NCBI GenBank assembly: GCA_030704615.1
Contig: CM060731.1
Coordinates: 14,756,001-14,820,000, forward strand
Length of the DNA stretch: 64,000 bases
Reading direction: 5' to 3'
Origin: Takakia lepidozioides
Taxonomy: Eukaryota > Plantae > Bryophyta
Shown here one piece after another: positions 13,725 through 25,325 of this stretch (position 1 is its first letter; every line of letters starts with the position of its first letter). Made by a program: the position numbers and the translations under genes. Below the pieces are notes generated by a model, which did no database searches, was not told where the DNA came from, and was given only the letters and a program-made list of their open reading frames with translations.

Positions 13725-15954
13725 ATGGAGAAACAGAGTTTGTGGTTACCAGAGGAGTCGTTCAATAGCTGGGCTAGCTATGGAAGGGCACTTTCTCACA
13801 CACCGCTGAGATTCCGAAACCGTGTGTTTGCGCGCGCAAACGTGCACGATGAGACTTATGTGATGAAGGCTCGCAGCACGCATGAGATGAAGCGCAATCT
13901 CACGTGGTGGGATCTGATGTGGTTTGGCGTCGGAGCCGTGATTGGGGCTGGTATCTTTGTGCTAACAGGCCAAGAAGCGAACGGGGTAGCGGGCCCTGCT
14001 ATTATTATCTCCTATGCGCTTGCGGGGTTTTCGGCCATGCTTTCTGTCTTCTGCTACACCGAATTTGCAGTGGAGATTCCAGTTGCTGGTAAGTACGTAG
14101 TGTGAGAGAGAAAGAGGAGTGCGGGTATTCCTTCGACATCACTGTAGCTCTCAAGTTCATAACCAAGACAATAGCATGAGCTAGTCAATCGCTATATGTT
14201 GTTGCAAATTTTCTACCTCCACTGCACACACGTTTGAACAATGCGGGGTGCAATTGGTCTTTTTCTATGTGGACCATGGTGAAGTGCTTGGAGAGCGAAG
14301 CACATGAAGAGATTTGAGAGGATCGGTTGTGGTGTTTAGTGGGCCAGTTGAGACCACCTGCATGAATGACTATGAGAAGGGATCTCTCTTCCGTGATCCT
14401 CTGAAATAGCACAAGAGTTGACAAAGGTGGGTGTTGTGTTGTGTTGGGCGAGTGTCTGCTCGTATAGACTTGGTGTAGACTCGTGTAGACTTGGTCGATA
14501 GTGGCTCACGCTAACAATTGCTGTCCTGGGATACTGTTGCAGGGGGATCCTTTGCGTATCTGAGGGTGGAGCTAGGGGACTTCATTGCCTTCATCGGAGC
14601 TGGAAATATTGTTTTGGAGTACGTCATTGGAGGGGCCGCCGTTGCAAGGGGCTGGACTAACTACTTTGGTAGTCTGATCAATCATACAGGACCACTGCGC
14701 ATTCATACCAACCTAACTTCAGGCTATAATGAACTTGATCTGATCGCTGTGGCCGTTCTGCTCATCACAGGTGTATTGGCAATCTGGAGTACAAAATACA
14801 CATCGATCATAAACTATGTTGCCACAATTGCGAACATGTTTATCATTATCTTCATCATTATTGCTGGCCTGGTCCATGCCAATGCTGCAAATTACAAGCC
14901 ATTTGCTCCATACGGAGTTCATGGCATTTTCAATGCAGCCTCGGTGCTGTTTTTTGCCTACCTTGGCTTCGACGCAGTTTCCACCATGGCTGAGGAAACA
15001 AAGAACCCAGGAAGAGACATTCCTATTGGATTGCTGGGTTCCATGACTATATGCACAATACTCTATATTCTTATGGCACTCACTCTCTGCCTAATGGTGG
15101 CGACCCCTGACATAGACCCCTCTGCCCCATTCTCAGCAGCTTTCAAAAGTGTGGGATGGAATTGGGCCCAATATGTGGTAGCACTGGGAGCTCTTAAGGG
15201 GATAACGACTGTGCTTCTTGTATCGGCAGTGGGCCAGGCAAGGTATCTCACACACATTGCCAGAACACATCTCATTCCACCATGGTTTGGCATTGTGGAT
15301 GAGCGAACGCAAACACCCATCCGAGCAACCGCTGTCATGGTGATTGCAAGTGCAGTCATTGCATTTTTCACGGAGCTCGCCATTCTGGGGAATCTGCTTT
15401 CTCTGAGCAGTCTCTTCATCTTCCTCTTGGTGGCGGTGGGGATTCTGGTGCGCCGATACTATGTGCCAGAGACAACTACAGTCCGAAGCAGCGGTCTGTT
15501 CTGTCTCTTTCTATTCATGATAATGGCTTCATCTGTGGGCATTGCAATTTGCTGGGGCCTGAGCCCTAATAAGTGGGTAGTATATGCAGTGTGCGCTCCC
15601 ATCTGGTTTTTGGCCACCTTGGGCATGGCGGTGCTTGTGCCACAGGTGCGCACCCCTAAGATTTGGGGTGTGCCACTGGTGCCATGGATTCCATCTCTCT
15701 CTGTGGCCCTCAACATCTTCTTGCTTGGGTCACTTGACAAAAATTCCTTCATCCGTTTTGGCGTGTGGACAGCAGCTATGCTGGTTTACTATGGGTTTTT
15801 GGGGCTTCACGCCTCCTATGACACTGCCATGCAAACCAAGAGCGATCTCGCAAAGTACAAGCTGTCTGAGGAAGGTCAAGCAGGTCAAGCTGTCAACTCC
15901 TCTAACACAAAAGCAGTGGTAGGGACTGAGACCCCAGCTAGTGACCTCAGGTAG
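13725..15954 (+). CDS. CAT: Cationic amino acid transporter (APC superfamily, plant CAT1/CAT5/CAT8-like), 591 aa, 2 coding exons
   Basis: Exons 13725-14088 and 14543-15954, joined by a phase-1 GT-AG intron giving ...EIPVAG/GSFAYLRVELG. Motifs GAVIGAGIF, FFAYLGFD, EETKNP and a C-terminal WGVPLVPWIP. Many hydrophobic helices. Confidence 0.96.
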
Positions 15955-16194
15955 TGAGCACTCTGTCAACCTGGTTGACTGAATTTACCCAGCTTTTCTT
16001 ATTTCTCAGCAAGCACTTGCTCCTTGCTGAAGCAGCATAGCCTACTCCCAATACACCAACATTTGTACAGATTCTACATTGTTCACACAGCAAATGTTTG
16101 CAAACATACTAAGTACACATTGGCCACATGCTCAGCACTGTCTCTGCCTGCAGACCCTTGAATCCCAATAGAAAATGTAAACGTCAGTAGCTAC

Positions 16195-16365
16195 CAGTGT
16201 GGTGCGGGTCCGGGTTTTGACCCCGTGTACCCGGCGGGTTACCCGCACCCGGACCCCTGCTATCACCGAAAAACCCTGACCCTGACCCGGGTTCCTAAAA
16301 TAAACCCGGAACCGGGCTGGACCCGCCTGCTAGGTCCAGAACCCGGTTGGGTCCTGGTTTTAAAA
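16195..16365 (+). mobile_element. Left terminus of a hAT-type element
   Basis: Begins CAGTGTGGTGCGGGTCCGGG right after GTAGCTAC (GTnnnnAC pattern) and has ACCCGG subterminal repeats. Complementary termini CCGGACCCGCACAACACTG occur at about 19698, 19885 and 20058, but none is followed by the matching TSD. Confidence 0.6.
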
Positions 16366-16370
16366 GGTGG

Positions 16371-16562
16371 AGCATGGGGAGTCCACCTTAGACTGGTAAT
16401 GGCCACATACCACCTCAAAAGTGGTTTGTGGCAAATTGGTGCCACAAAGTTCAAAAGTGGTTGTGGGTTCAATCCACAGATTGGTGTCACAAAGTTGTGT
16501 CCTTCGGGGTTAAGTGACACCATAATTTACTCCTTCTGAAGGAGGCGTCATATATTATTATT
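16371..16562 (+). mobile_element. tRNA-derived SINE, degenerate copy
   Basis: B-box GGGTTCAATCC at about 16465. The body (CCTTCGGGGTTAAGTGACACCATAA...GGAGGCGTCATA) aligns with the reverse complement of 42959-43131, followed by an (ATT)n-like tail. Confidence 0.65.
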
Positions 16563-17475
16563 AGGCCACCTCCCACACATCCATGTTACATTGCTATAGT
16601 AATCATAGATTACTATGAGCCTTGAGGGTTATTTTTAACATGTTTAAGAATTGATATTGAAGAATGAAACTCAAATTCTATTTTTATTCTTGTGCTAAAT
16701 GAGCAATACATATTCAGGGTATATTTTGAAGGAATGTGTCTTAAGACAAGCGGCTAGTCGCGTAATGGCTCCACCCTAATCACAAAACTGAAATGGTAGT
16801 GCTGGCAGTCCTGATGATAATGAATTAAATGCAAGAAACAAATGGGAAAAGATAAAATTGAATGTGGAAGTCATTCTGATAAAATCCAATCCCATTCCAT
16901 CCCACTTCTCCCACCCTTCCCTTTTGGTTCTGGGTGTTTCCCATGTGCTAAGCTTTTAAGGCCTTCCTGGAGGTTATTTTTGCCTCCTCTCTGTACTGTC
17001 TTTTTGCTTTTTTTATGTTTTTCAGGGCCTCTGTCCCCTGTTCTTAAAAAAAACAAAAAAGTGAGAAAATGAATATAATAGAACTAAAGTGATATACCTG
17101 AACGGAACGGAATATAATAGAACTAAAGGTACTGAATAGGGGGACTGAATAATAATTAAACTAAATAGATAAATCTGAAGCAATCAGATTACTAATTCAG
17201 ATTACAGCAATCAGATTACTGAATATATATAAACAGTCTCCGATAATCATATTGTTGAATGACGATATTTAACAACATGGTTTGATAATTTGAAAGCAAT
17301 ATATTTATATTTATATTTAGAGAGAGAAGACTCCGGCCAAAGCCAGTGTAACTAAGAGCCACTTCGTGTTACTGCTACTACCCCCTTTCGGAGGTGGGCC
17401 ATATTATTTATATTTATATATATGTTTTGTGATCTCTCCAATATGCCTCTATAATTCTCTTCTCATTGTTGAATA

Positions 17476-17979
17476 ATTGGGTCTTTAAGGCTCACGTGTG
17501 CGCCAAACAGCGGCCCATGCACGGACGTGGGGCCGCCTCCGTTCCTGCCCCAAACCCTGGTGTGGTGTAGGGGTCTGCTCAGGTTGGGTCCACCCTTCTC
17601 CTAGGCCATGTTGGGGCTCACAGCTCCCTTTTTCTAGTATAAGCAATTAAAAAAAAATGGTGTAGCAACAGACAGCCGGATAGTGTGGTGGCGTCGGATG
17701 GTCCATGAGGTTACGAGTTCAAATCCGGCTAGTGTTGCAGTGCATTACTGATGATCATTTTTACGGGCGAGTTTCCCCGAAAAAGTTTCGAAGTCCCCGG
17801 GGCGGGGCGGTCTGCGGCGGCAAACCCTATATTCCGCCATTGGACGCCAGCAGACCCAGACCCGACCCACCGTTGGACGCGAGCAGACCCACCGGGTGGT
17901 CACGGGCGAAGTCGGGGGCGACCCGATGTTCGTGCGTCCGTGCGCTACCTAGCGCAAACGTGAGCCTTAAAGACCCAAT
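17476..17979. mobile_element. MITE with TIRs of about 28 bp, flanked by TA (Tc1/mariner-like target)
   Basis: ATTGGGTCTTTAAGGCTCACGTGTGCGC at the left and GCGCAAACGTGAGCCTTAAAGACCCAAT at the right, with 1 mismatch. TA lies immediately outside both ends. Confidence 0.75.
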
Positions 17980-18029
17980 TAATCTAAAATGAGAGCCCTA
18001 TAACTCCTGATATACATTGTTGGTTAGGT

Positions 18030-18466
18030 GGAAACTAAAAATCTGGAGTTTTCAAACTGAAAATTGAAGTCTATAAAACTGAAATCAATGGTAGTTTAAA
18101 AAAATTAACTGAGATGTCTGAAGGACTAGCTAAAACTCTTGCTGTAAACTGAAAACATAGGTCTATAAAACTAAAAATTGAAGGCTGCAAAACTGAAAAC
18201 TGAAGTGTGTAAACCTGAAATCATTCGTAGTTACAAAAATTAAATGAGATGTCTGAAGGATTGGCTGAAAATCTTGCTGTACTGAAAACTGAGGTATGTC
18301 AAACCAAAAATTGAAGTCTGTAAAACTAAAATCAACGATAGTTAAAAAACTTAACTGAGATGTCTGAAGGACTGACTGAAAATCTTGCTGTAAACTGAAA
18401 ACTGCAGTCTGTAAAATTGAAAATTGAAATCAATGGTAGTTAAAAAAATTAACTGGGATGTTTGAA
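18030..18466. repeat. AT-rich satellite-like tandem array (units of about 100-135 bp), left part
   Basis: Recurrent AACTGAGATGTCTGAAGGAC...AAATCTTGCTGTAAACTGAAAAC, with 20-21-bp AAACTGAAAACTGAAGTCTGT submodules. Confidence 0.85.
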
Positions 18467-19654
18467 GAGCGTAGCTACGGCGTGAGCCTAGCCGCGTGAG
18501 CCAAGGAGCTCGGCTCATGCTTTGCCCTCTAAGCGTGAGCCCAGGGTTTAGAGGAGGGAGAAGCAAGTCCTATAACCGAGGACAAGGTTTAGAGGGGGTC
18601 ATATTACCGTGGAAACATATATTTTGGAAGAAGAGGTGAACACGGCAAACACGGTAATATACAGCAAACACGGCAGTATTGAGTCCCCTTTAGAACCATA
18701 ACGATCGACCCAATTCCCCCAGCCCTACTTCGTCAACCCCAAACACTCCCACCCCCAAACACTTCACGCAATTGGTCCCACCCTTCACCAGTCCAAAGCG
18801 CTCCATCTTGAAGACGAGCCCCAAGCCGCGATCCCACATGGCCCCACTCTTACCAAGCCCTAATCTTCTCTAGTCACTGTTCTTATAAGTATACTCCTAC
18901 AGCAGCCACACCCACTAGTGAGTTGCTTTTCAACCCACCGACAATAGTAGAACTCTCTAGAAAGTCAACTAGTGAACTAGGGAAGATGGCTATACCAACT
19001 TTGGTCCGCGAGTAGCGGCTTTAACGGGTTCTGGACCTAGATGGCGGGTCCGGGTCCGGTTCCGGGTTCATTTTTAGGGTCCGAATTTTTGGTGATGGCC
19101 GGATAGGTAACCCGGACCCTAACCAGGGTTTTTTTTAGGGATTTTGAAAAGGAGTAGGAGTGGCTATATATATTGGGTGTAGGCTAGTGCAAGTTGCCCA
19201 CTCTAGGTAATTTTCCTCGAATTGGTAGGCTATATGTATTTCCACCCTTGCCATATTTTGCGAATCAAATGGATGTTGATGAACAATAGAAGGTGAAGTA
19301 CAGAAATAGTTAAAAACCATAGGACGAATGGAACTCTTTCTATTCTATATGAAAACCATAGGCTAATTGGTGCAAATGAGGTGTATAGTTCTCGCAAGGC
19401 CGGCGACGAGCATCTCTTTGGGATGGAAACAGAGGAGGCCCCACAATCCTCAACCCACTCCTCGGCCCGTCAAATCATCCTGTATGGGGCCCGCCATGCC
19501 CCCGTGGGTCCACAGGCGAGGACCTTTTTGACACCCCCAATTTTTGGCGAAAACTGCCTTATTTGGACATTTTTTTCCCTTTGTTTCATTCGCCAAGGGG
19601 ATTTTCAAGCGGCCAAATGGCGAAAAATTGCCAATAAAGAAAACGTTGATCCTA

Positions 19655-20228
19655 ACTCGTCGGGTACCCAAGGTGAAAATCCAGACCCGCACAACACTGT
19701 CGTCGATGATCATCCTGAAAACATGATCCTGAAGAAATTGAGTGTGTTGACGCACTTAGTTCTCCGCGGGGGTGGGAACCGAAAAAAAAACAAGTTTTTT
19801 TTTTTTTTTTTTTTTTTTTTCCCCCTTCCCCCCTTCCCCAACCCGCCGGGTACCCGGGGTGAAAATCCGGACCCGCACAACACTGTCATCGATGTCGTCG
19901 ATGATCATCCTGAAATCATGATCATGAAGAAATTGAGTGCGTTGACGCACTCAGTTCTGCGCGGGGGAGGGGGGAGAAACAAGAAAAAAAAAGTTTGTTT
20001 TTTTTTTTTTTTTACCCGCCGGGTACCCAAGGTGAAAATCCGGACCCGCACAACACCGTCGATCATGAAGAAATTGAGTGTGTTGACGTACTCAGTTGTC
20101 CGCGTGGGGGGGGGGGAAAACAATATATATATATATTTCCCACCACCCCCCCCGCCGCGGAGGACTAAGTGCGTCAACGCACTCAATTGCTTCATGATCA
20201 TGATTTCACGATGATCATCGACGACATC
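19655..20228. repeat. Three direct repeats of about 175-190 bp plus one inverted partial copy (fold-back)
   Basis: The unit GGGTACCC..GGTGAAAATCCGGACCCGCACAACACTG...ATGAAGAAATTGAGTG.GTTGACGCACT.AGTT occurs three times. 20140-20228 is the reverse complement of about 19892-19975. Confidence 0.85.
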
Positions 20229-20309
20229 TATTCAAATGCAGGGGGAGGGAAAAAAAAAACAACTTACTTTTTTTCAATTTATTTTTGAATTCTCATGTGT
20301 CTGACGCCC

Positions 20310-20645
20310 CTTAATTCCCAACCCTATTTCCCTCCACGAATATGGCAGTTCGCTAAGGGTTAGGGTTAGGGTTAGGGTTTGGAGTTACGATTCGCAGCGT
20401 TTCCCCGGTTTGCCGTGTTTCCGCGGTAATGACGTCATCTTAATTCCCAGCCTGTTTCCTGGCAGTTCGCTAAGGGTTAGGGGTTAGGGTTTGCCGATTT
20501 ACCGTGTTTGTCGTGTTTCCGCGGTAATGACGTCATCTTAATTCCCAGCCTGTTTCCCTTCACGAACATGGCAGTTCGCTAAGGGTTAGGGGTTAGGGGT
20601 TAGGGTTTGCCGATTTACCGTGTTTGTCGTGTTTCTGCGGTAATG
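20310..20645 (+). repeat. Tandem units (about 110-130 bp) containing interstitial TTAGGG/TTAGGGG telomere-like runs
   Basis: GGCAGTTCGCTAAGGG(TTAGGG or TTAGGGG)2-3 TTTG at about 20344, 20461 and 20570. Confidence 0.85.
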
Positions 20646-20756
20646 GGTGCTCATCCGCGGAAATACACCCTGCATCTTCCCCCATTCTCGTGCCACGTGG
20701 ACTGGGCTCACAGGCTCCTGGGCTCGCGTGGCTAGGCTCACACGCTATCACCCCCC

Positions 20757-21025
20757 GATGTTTGAAGGACTGGTTGAAAATCTTGTTGTAAACTGAAAAC
20801 TGAAGTTTGTAAAATTGAAATCAATGGTAGTTAAAAAATGAAGTCTGAAAGATTGGCTGAAAATTTTGCTGGAAACTGAAAACTGCGGTCTACAAAATTG
20901 AAAATTGAAGTTTGTAAAACTGAAATCAATGGTAGTTAAAAATTAACTGAGATGTGTGAAGGACTCGCTGAAAATCTTGCTGTAAACTGAAAACTGAAGT
21001 CTGTAAAACTGAAAACTGAAGTATG
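20757..21025. repeat. AT-rich satellite-like tandem array, right part
   Basis: Same unit as 18030-18466, continuing after the MULE. Confidence 0.85.
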
Positions 21026-23557
21026 AAGCATCAGCATCATTAAACAAAATTCTAGCAACGACTGAAGGTCAGAAGCTAGTTTAGTGTAGAACATATATTG
21101 GTGCCATAGTGCCTCATCATCGTCGCCACGTTTCGTCGTCACGTTTCGTCGTCGTCAATTTTCGTCGGACCTGCCCGGACTGCCCGAAAATGTCTTTGCA
21201 GCGCGAGGAAGGGATGATGATACGATACCCGCCATCCTTGAGCGTGGAGGGGTTTCAAGCAATGAGCGTGGGAGCTGAAGGCAAGGTGGGCCCATGCGCC
21301 TGCGTGGCGCTGAGGAGCGGGGAGTCAACGGTGAAAGTGCGAGGGCTGGGCTGGGCACTCAGGTGGGCCGGAGGACGTGGCAGCCCGGCCAGTTTTATCC
21401 CTGATAGTGTCTGGGACATAGTGCCGAGGGTAGGCCATTTAGGTAACGGGAGACAATTAGGGATATTCCCAAAGCCACACATTTTCCTCACTTCAGTGGT
21501 TGGGTCTTTGTGCCTTGCCTGTGCACAACCTAGGTGATCCTGGGTTCAATCCTTCAACTTTGGCCCTCGATGGCCTGTGTGATGAGCAGTAGGCTCTGTA
21601 AATTCACTGGACGTTAAAGAAACCTTATCTTTATCTTTTCTAAGACTCACTTGGTAAGACTGGCAGATGCATATATGATGGTGGCTTTAGGTTGAGCAAT
21701 CACTGGGAGATACATAGCACAGACACCTGTTGTTGATGTTCATAGAGTGTGTGGAAAGCGAGTGACGGATTGTGCTTTCACAATCCAAGACGCAATCTAC
21801 TATGAATTACAAGGCCAGCTCCCCGCTTTCCATTTTTAAATATTTGTCTATGAATTTCATCTATCTAACATACATTCCTATTGAAGAGAGGACACAATTC
21901 CAACCAGCTCCTTTGACCTGCAGTACCAACAATGTTTCTTATTGAACCTGATAGTAGGTCCTGGTTAAACTGACATGAAGGTAGAAATCTTCAACTCAGT
22001 TCTTTTTGTTTTTTCTTCTTCTTCTTTTATAAAATAAAAAGGGGACCGAGGCCCTGGAGCTCATATGAAGAGAAGTTGGGGAAAAAATAACCTCAACATA
22101 AGGCCGTACGGCAAAACAAAAATGGGGTCGGACCCCCAAGAACTCATTGCAAACTTGACATGCATATGTGCAAGCTGATCATATCTTTTCTTTCCCTTTA
22201 GAGGCTTGTCCTCAAGTGCTTGAAGGAATACCACATTTCACCCCAGCAGGGTGAATCATTGTTTGTGCCTTTGAAATTGTTATAAGTTGGGTTTTAGCTT
22301 TCTGGAATGGAAACTCAGTGTAAGGTCTGAGGTTGCAACGCTGGTAACATAAACGGACCAGTGACAAAGAGATTTACTAAAGTTGCAGGAGGCCTAGAGA
22401 CCAAGGTGCAGCCTCTGTTTTGGTGGGGAGTGACATTTGGGAGATTTGAGAGAGTTAAAGAGAGTAGGGCGAAGTAACAAACAATAGATAAAATTCTATT
22501 TTGGTTTGAAGTTGAATCAAAAGTAGGCTAAGGACAGACACATATGTCGCGAGCTCCATCTCACCAAGTGGACTTTGATACAGTGAACCACTTGTCCCAA
22601 AGGAAAGTTTGGCAGCAGGGGGTGGAGGTTGACAAAGGTGCAGGGGACTCCGATAACATGTGAAATATGACTATATATACGACCCATGGGAAGCCTCTCC
22701 TAGGTTACGGGATGCTAATCTGCCTTACCATGTGACGTTGATATAGCTACGAGTCTAAGTTCCTGAATATCCACACAATGATCATCAAAGACCCTATTCC
22801 CCAGGAAAATAAACAACAAGTTTACTATACTTGGAATTGAAGTGTTCTACAAAAGGCATATGCTGTATGAAAATGAGGGGTGACGGAAAAGTGGTTGCCC
22901 AACCAACGGAGATAGCTGCTGTTGGTTTCAGTGCCTTAAGGCATTGAATACTTGTTTGGAAACATAGACGTAAACTTGGATGTAAATCTTCTTCCTTGTT
23001 CCGTAGGATTGTTTCGTGTTCGAATTCAACTTCCAGGGAATCGATCTCCAAGTAGCGTTATACATTGAACGCTGAGAGAATGTCAAATGCTTATGTGTTA
23101 TTCTGATATTGGATCTAGAGTTCCTTGGAACTAAAATTCACTTGAACAGCTTCTTAATCGAATGAGTTAAAGTAAGTGTTGACTAGAATGATCCCAGAGT
23201 ATCATCAGCATTCGTCATCTCCACAAATGATGGCTTCCAACCAAGCATCAGACGACCATATCGAGGCGAAGGTGGGAAGTGTTCGCAGATGCTTTTCACC
23301 GACGATCAGACACACACTGAATAAATGCTGCGGCATCAGTACAGGAAACCGAATAAATCGACATGTGTTGCATTATAAGGAATTGCCAATAAAGTACTAA
23401 CCCTTGAGATTCCCAAGAGTCATACCTCTTGCTCAAAATTCCCCAAGCGCCGATATACCTTTATCCGGAGAGTACATAAAATTTTGAAAATAGAGATGAT
23501 ACCCGGACCCAAAGGGACAGTAAGACATAATAATGTCCGGACAACACTGGTCTAGAC

Positions 23558-24332
23558 CAGTGTTGGGCGGTTCTTGCATTTGTGAAAGAACCTTCGGTTC
23601 CGGTTCCACAATTATTTCAAGAGACGGTTCCGGATCCGGTTCCGGTTTTTTTGTATTGAGCCGGTTCCGGTTCCCGGTTAGTTGCTGATAAAAACCATCG
23701 GTTCCGGTTAGGTTCCGGTTCTATTTTTAAAATATATTTGTTTAATTTAATTAGATTTAAAATATTTTATCAGTCCGGTAGATTAAATAGCAGTGTATTC
23801 ACATATTTGAACTAAAATCCAACGATTTTGTTAGTTTTCACTAACAAAAAAACAAACAAAAATACTCTAAATAAACTGGTAGAAGAAAATGGGTAAAATT
23901 TTATGGGTTGAAAGTACTATTCAGCTACCTGGCAAGTATTGGCATCTTCAAACATTTTATTAATGAACTTAGCCAGGATATCATGGAGCTTGAGATTGAA
24001 CCCAAGATCTCATGGCGCTGAAGCATTGAACATAGAATCTCATGGCCTTCAAGCATTGAACCCAGGATCTCAGGAGCTTGAGAGCATTAAATAAGTTTGA
24101 CCTGGGCCACCAGCCCCACCAAGGGGTCAAGAACCTGAACCTGTTTTTATCCCCTTGCGCCCCGGTTCTCCGGTTCTCACACCCAGCAGGAACCGCCGGT
24201 TCGGTTCTGCGCCGATCCCCATTGGCAGGTTCTGGTTCCGGGTCAGGTTCTGTAGGAATGGGCCCGGTTCCGGTTAACCTGAACCTGAACCGGCAGTTAA
24301 CCTAGATCCCGGCGGGTAACCGCCCAACACTG
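23558..24332. mobile_element. Non-autonomous hAT MITE, 775 bp
   Basis: Perfect TIRs CAGTGTTGGGCGGTT / AACCGCCCAACACTG. 8-bp TSD GTCTAGAC at 23550-23557 and 24333-24340. Subterminal CCGGTT repeats. Confidence 0.92.
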
Positions 24333-24534
24333 GTCTAGACCCAAGAGCTCCGTGTTGAACTTACAAGTTTTCCATCTTTTGTACCGAGCTTAGAGGCATC
24401 GCACAATCGCTAGTTGGTTTGCTTAAGTTGAGTTCTTTCTTAATGAAGAATGGCGTTAGCTGCTGTCCTACCGGATATTGCTCGAGTATATGGTTCAGTG
24501 AAGGAACTGTCGGGGATGAAGGAGGTTCCCTCCA

Positions 24535-24929
24535 TCTTCGTTAAAAGCAGGTGTGGCGGATTCTGCCACTTTTTCGGCCTAATTCTCAAGGCCGAATCAG
24601 CAACCCAGGGCAGAATCGGCAGGGATGGCCGATTACGCACAGAGGACGGCAGACCTACCACCGAGGCCCATGTCATCAGCCATCAACCACCCCCGCCTTC
24701 CCCTGAGGCTCGCCCCGTTTATATCCTCTCCGGGGCTCTGAATCTGGGCAATCGATATGGGATAATCGAACCTCAATCATATTGCGCCACGTAGCGGCGA
24801 GAATCCGCCACACTTGCTTTTAACGCCAGTGAACGGGCCGCGTCGGCCGACTCTGTCCTGTGCGCGGCCATAGGGCTCGCCCAAAGGCCACTTTCAGGGC
24901 AAAATCGGTCAACGTGGCCCGTTCTCTAG
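24535..24929 (+). mobile_element. Small non-autonomous Helitron-like element, 395 bp
   Basis: Starts with TC after an A (24534) and ends in CTAG before a T (24930), with no TSD. GC-rich hairpin potential near the 3' end (AACGGGCC...GGCCCGTT) and a 25-bp internal inverted repeat at 24539-24563 / 24801-24825. Confidence 0.65.
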
Positions 24930-24983
24930 TACAAAAGGAGTCGCTTGGGGAAAGCTTCATCAGTGCGGGTCACCAGTCCATAC

Positions 24984-25325
24984 CAGTGTTGGGCGGTTAT
25001 TTGAATTTCTCTCTAATACCCGGCAGTTACCTATCCGGTTATATGTATATATGACCGGCAGAGATGAAAAAATGAAGTAACCGGTTCAGTTAGGAACCGG
25101 CGGAGGTCACGCATTCAAATAACCAAGCAAAAACCTCTTAAAGAACCGCCCAATACCCGTGGTTATTTGATGAAAACCGCCGGTATTTGAGGTTTTTGCA
25201 AGTAACCGTAACCGGCAGGTTATATCTAGCCATAAAAATTTTAATAACCGCAACCGCAGGTTAATAGTTTTCTAAAATTTGAAGCAACCGGAACCGCCGG
25301 TTATGAAAATAACCGCTCAACACTA
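24984..25325. mobile_element. Non-autonomous hAT MITE, 342 bp
   Basis: TIRs CAGTGTTGGGCGGTTATTT / AAATAACCGCTCAACACTA. 8-bp TSD GTCCATAC at 24976-24983 and 25326-25333. Confidence 0.9.

Larger units (their letters stand above)
18467..20756. mobile_element. Non-autonomous Mutator-like element (MULE), about 2.29 kb, inserted in the satellite
   Basis: 10-bp TSD GATGTTTGAA at 18457-18466 and 20757-20766. Imperfect long TIRs (GTGAGCCTAGCC.CG.GAGCC.AGGAGC) and subterminal AAACACGG repeats in opposite orientation at the two ends. The satellite resumes in register after 20757. Confidence 0.75.

Noticed and set aside
17675-17729. tRNA gene
   Set aside because: Only about 55 nt, with no proper anticodon or T stems. 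Treated as a Pol III-box relic within a MITE.
16195-19698. Single intact 3.5-kb hAT element
   Set aside because: The right termini are followed by TCGTCGAT or TCATCGAT rather than GTAGCTAC, and they lie inside the MULE whose left end is internal to this span.
19381-20214. 277-aa ORF
   Set aside because: Made of tandem repeats and homopolymer runs (poly-F, poly-K, poly-G) inside a transposon.
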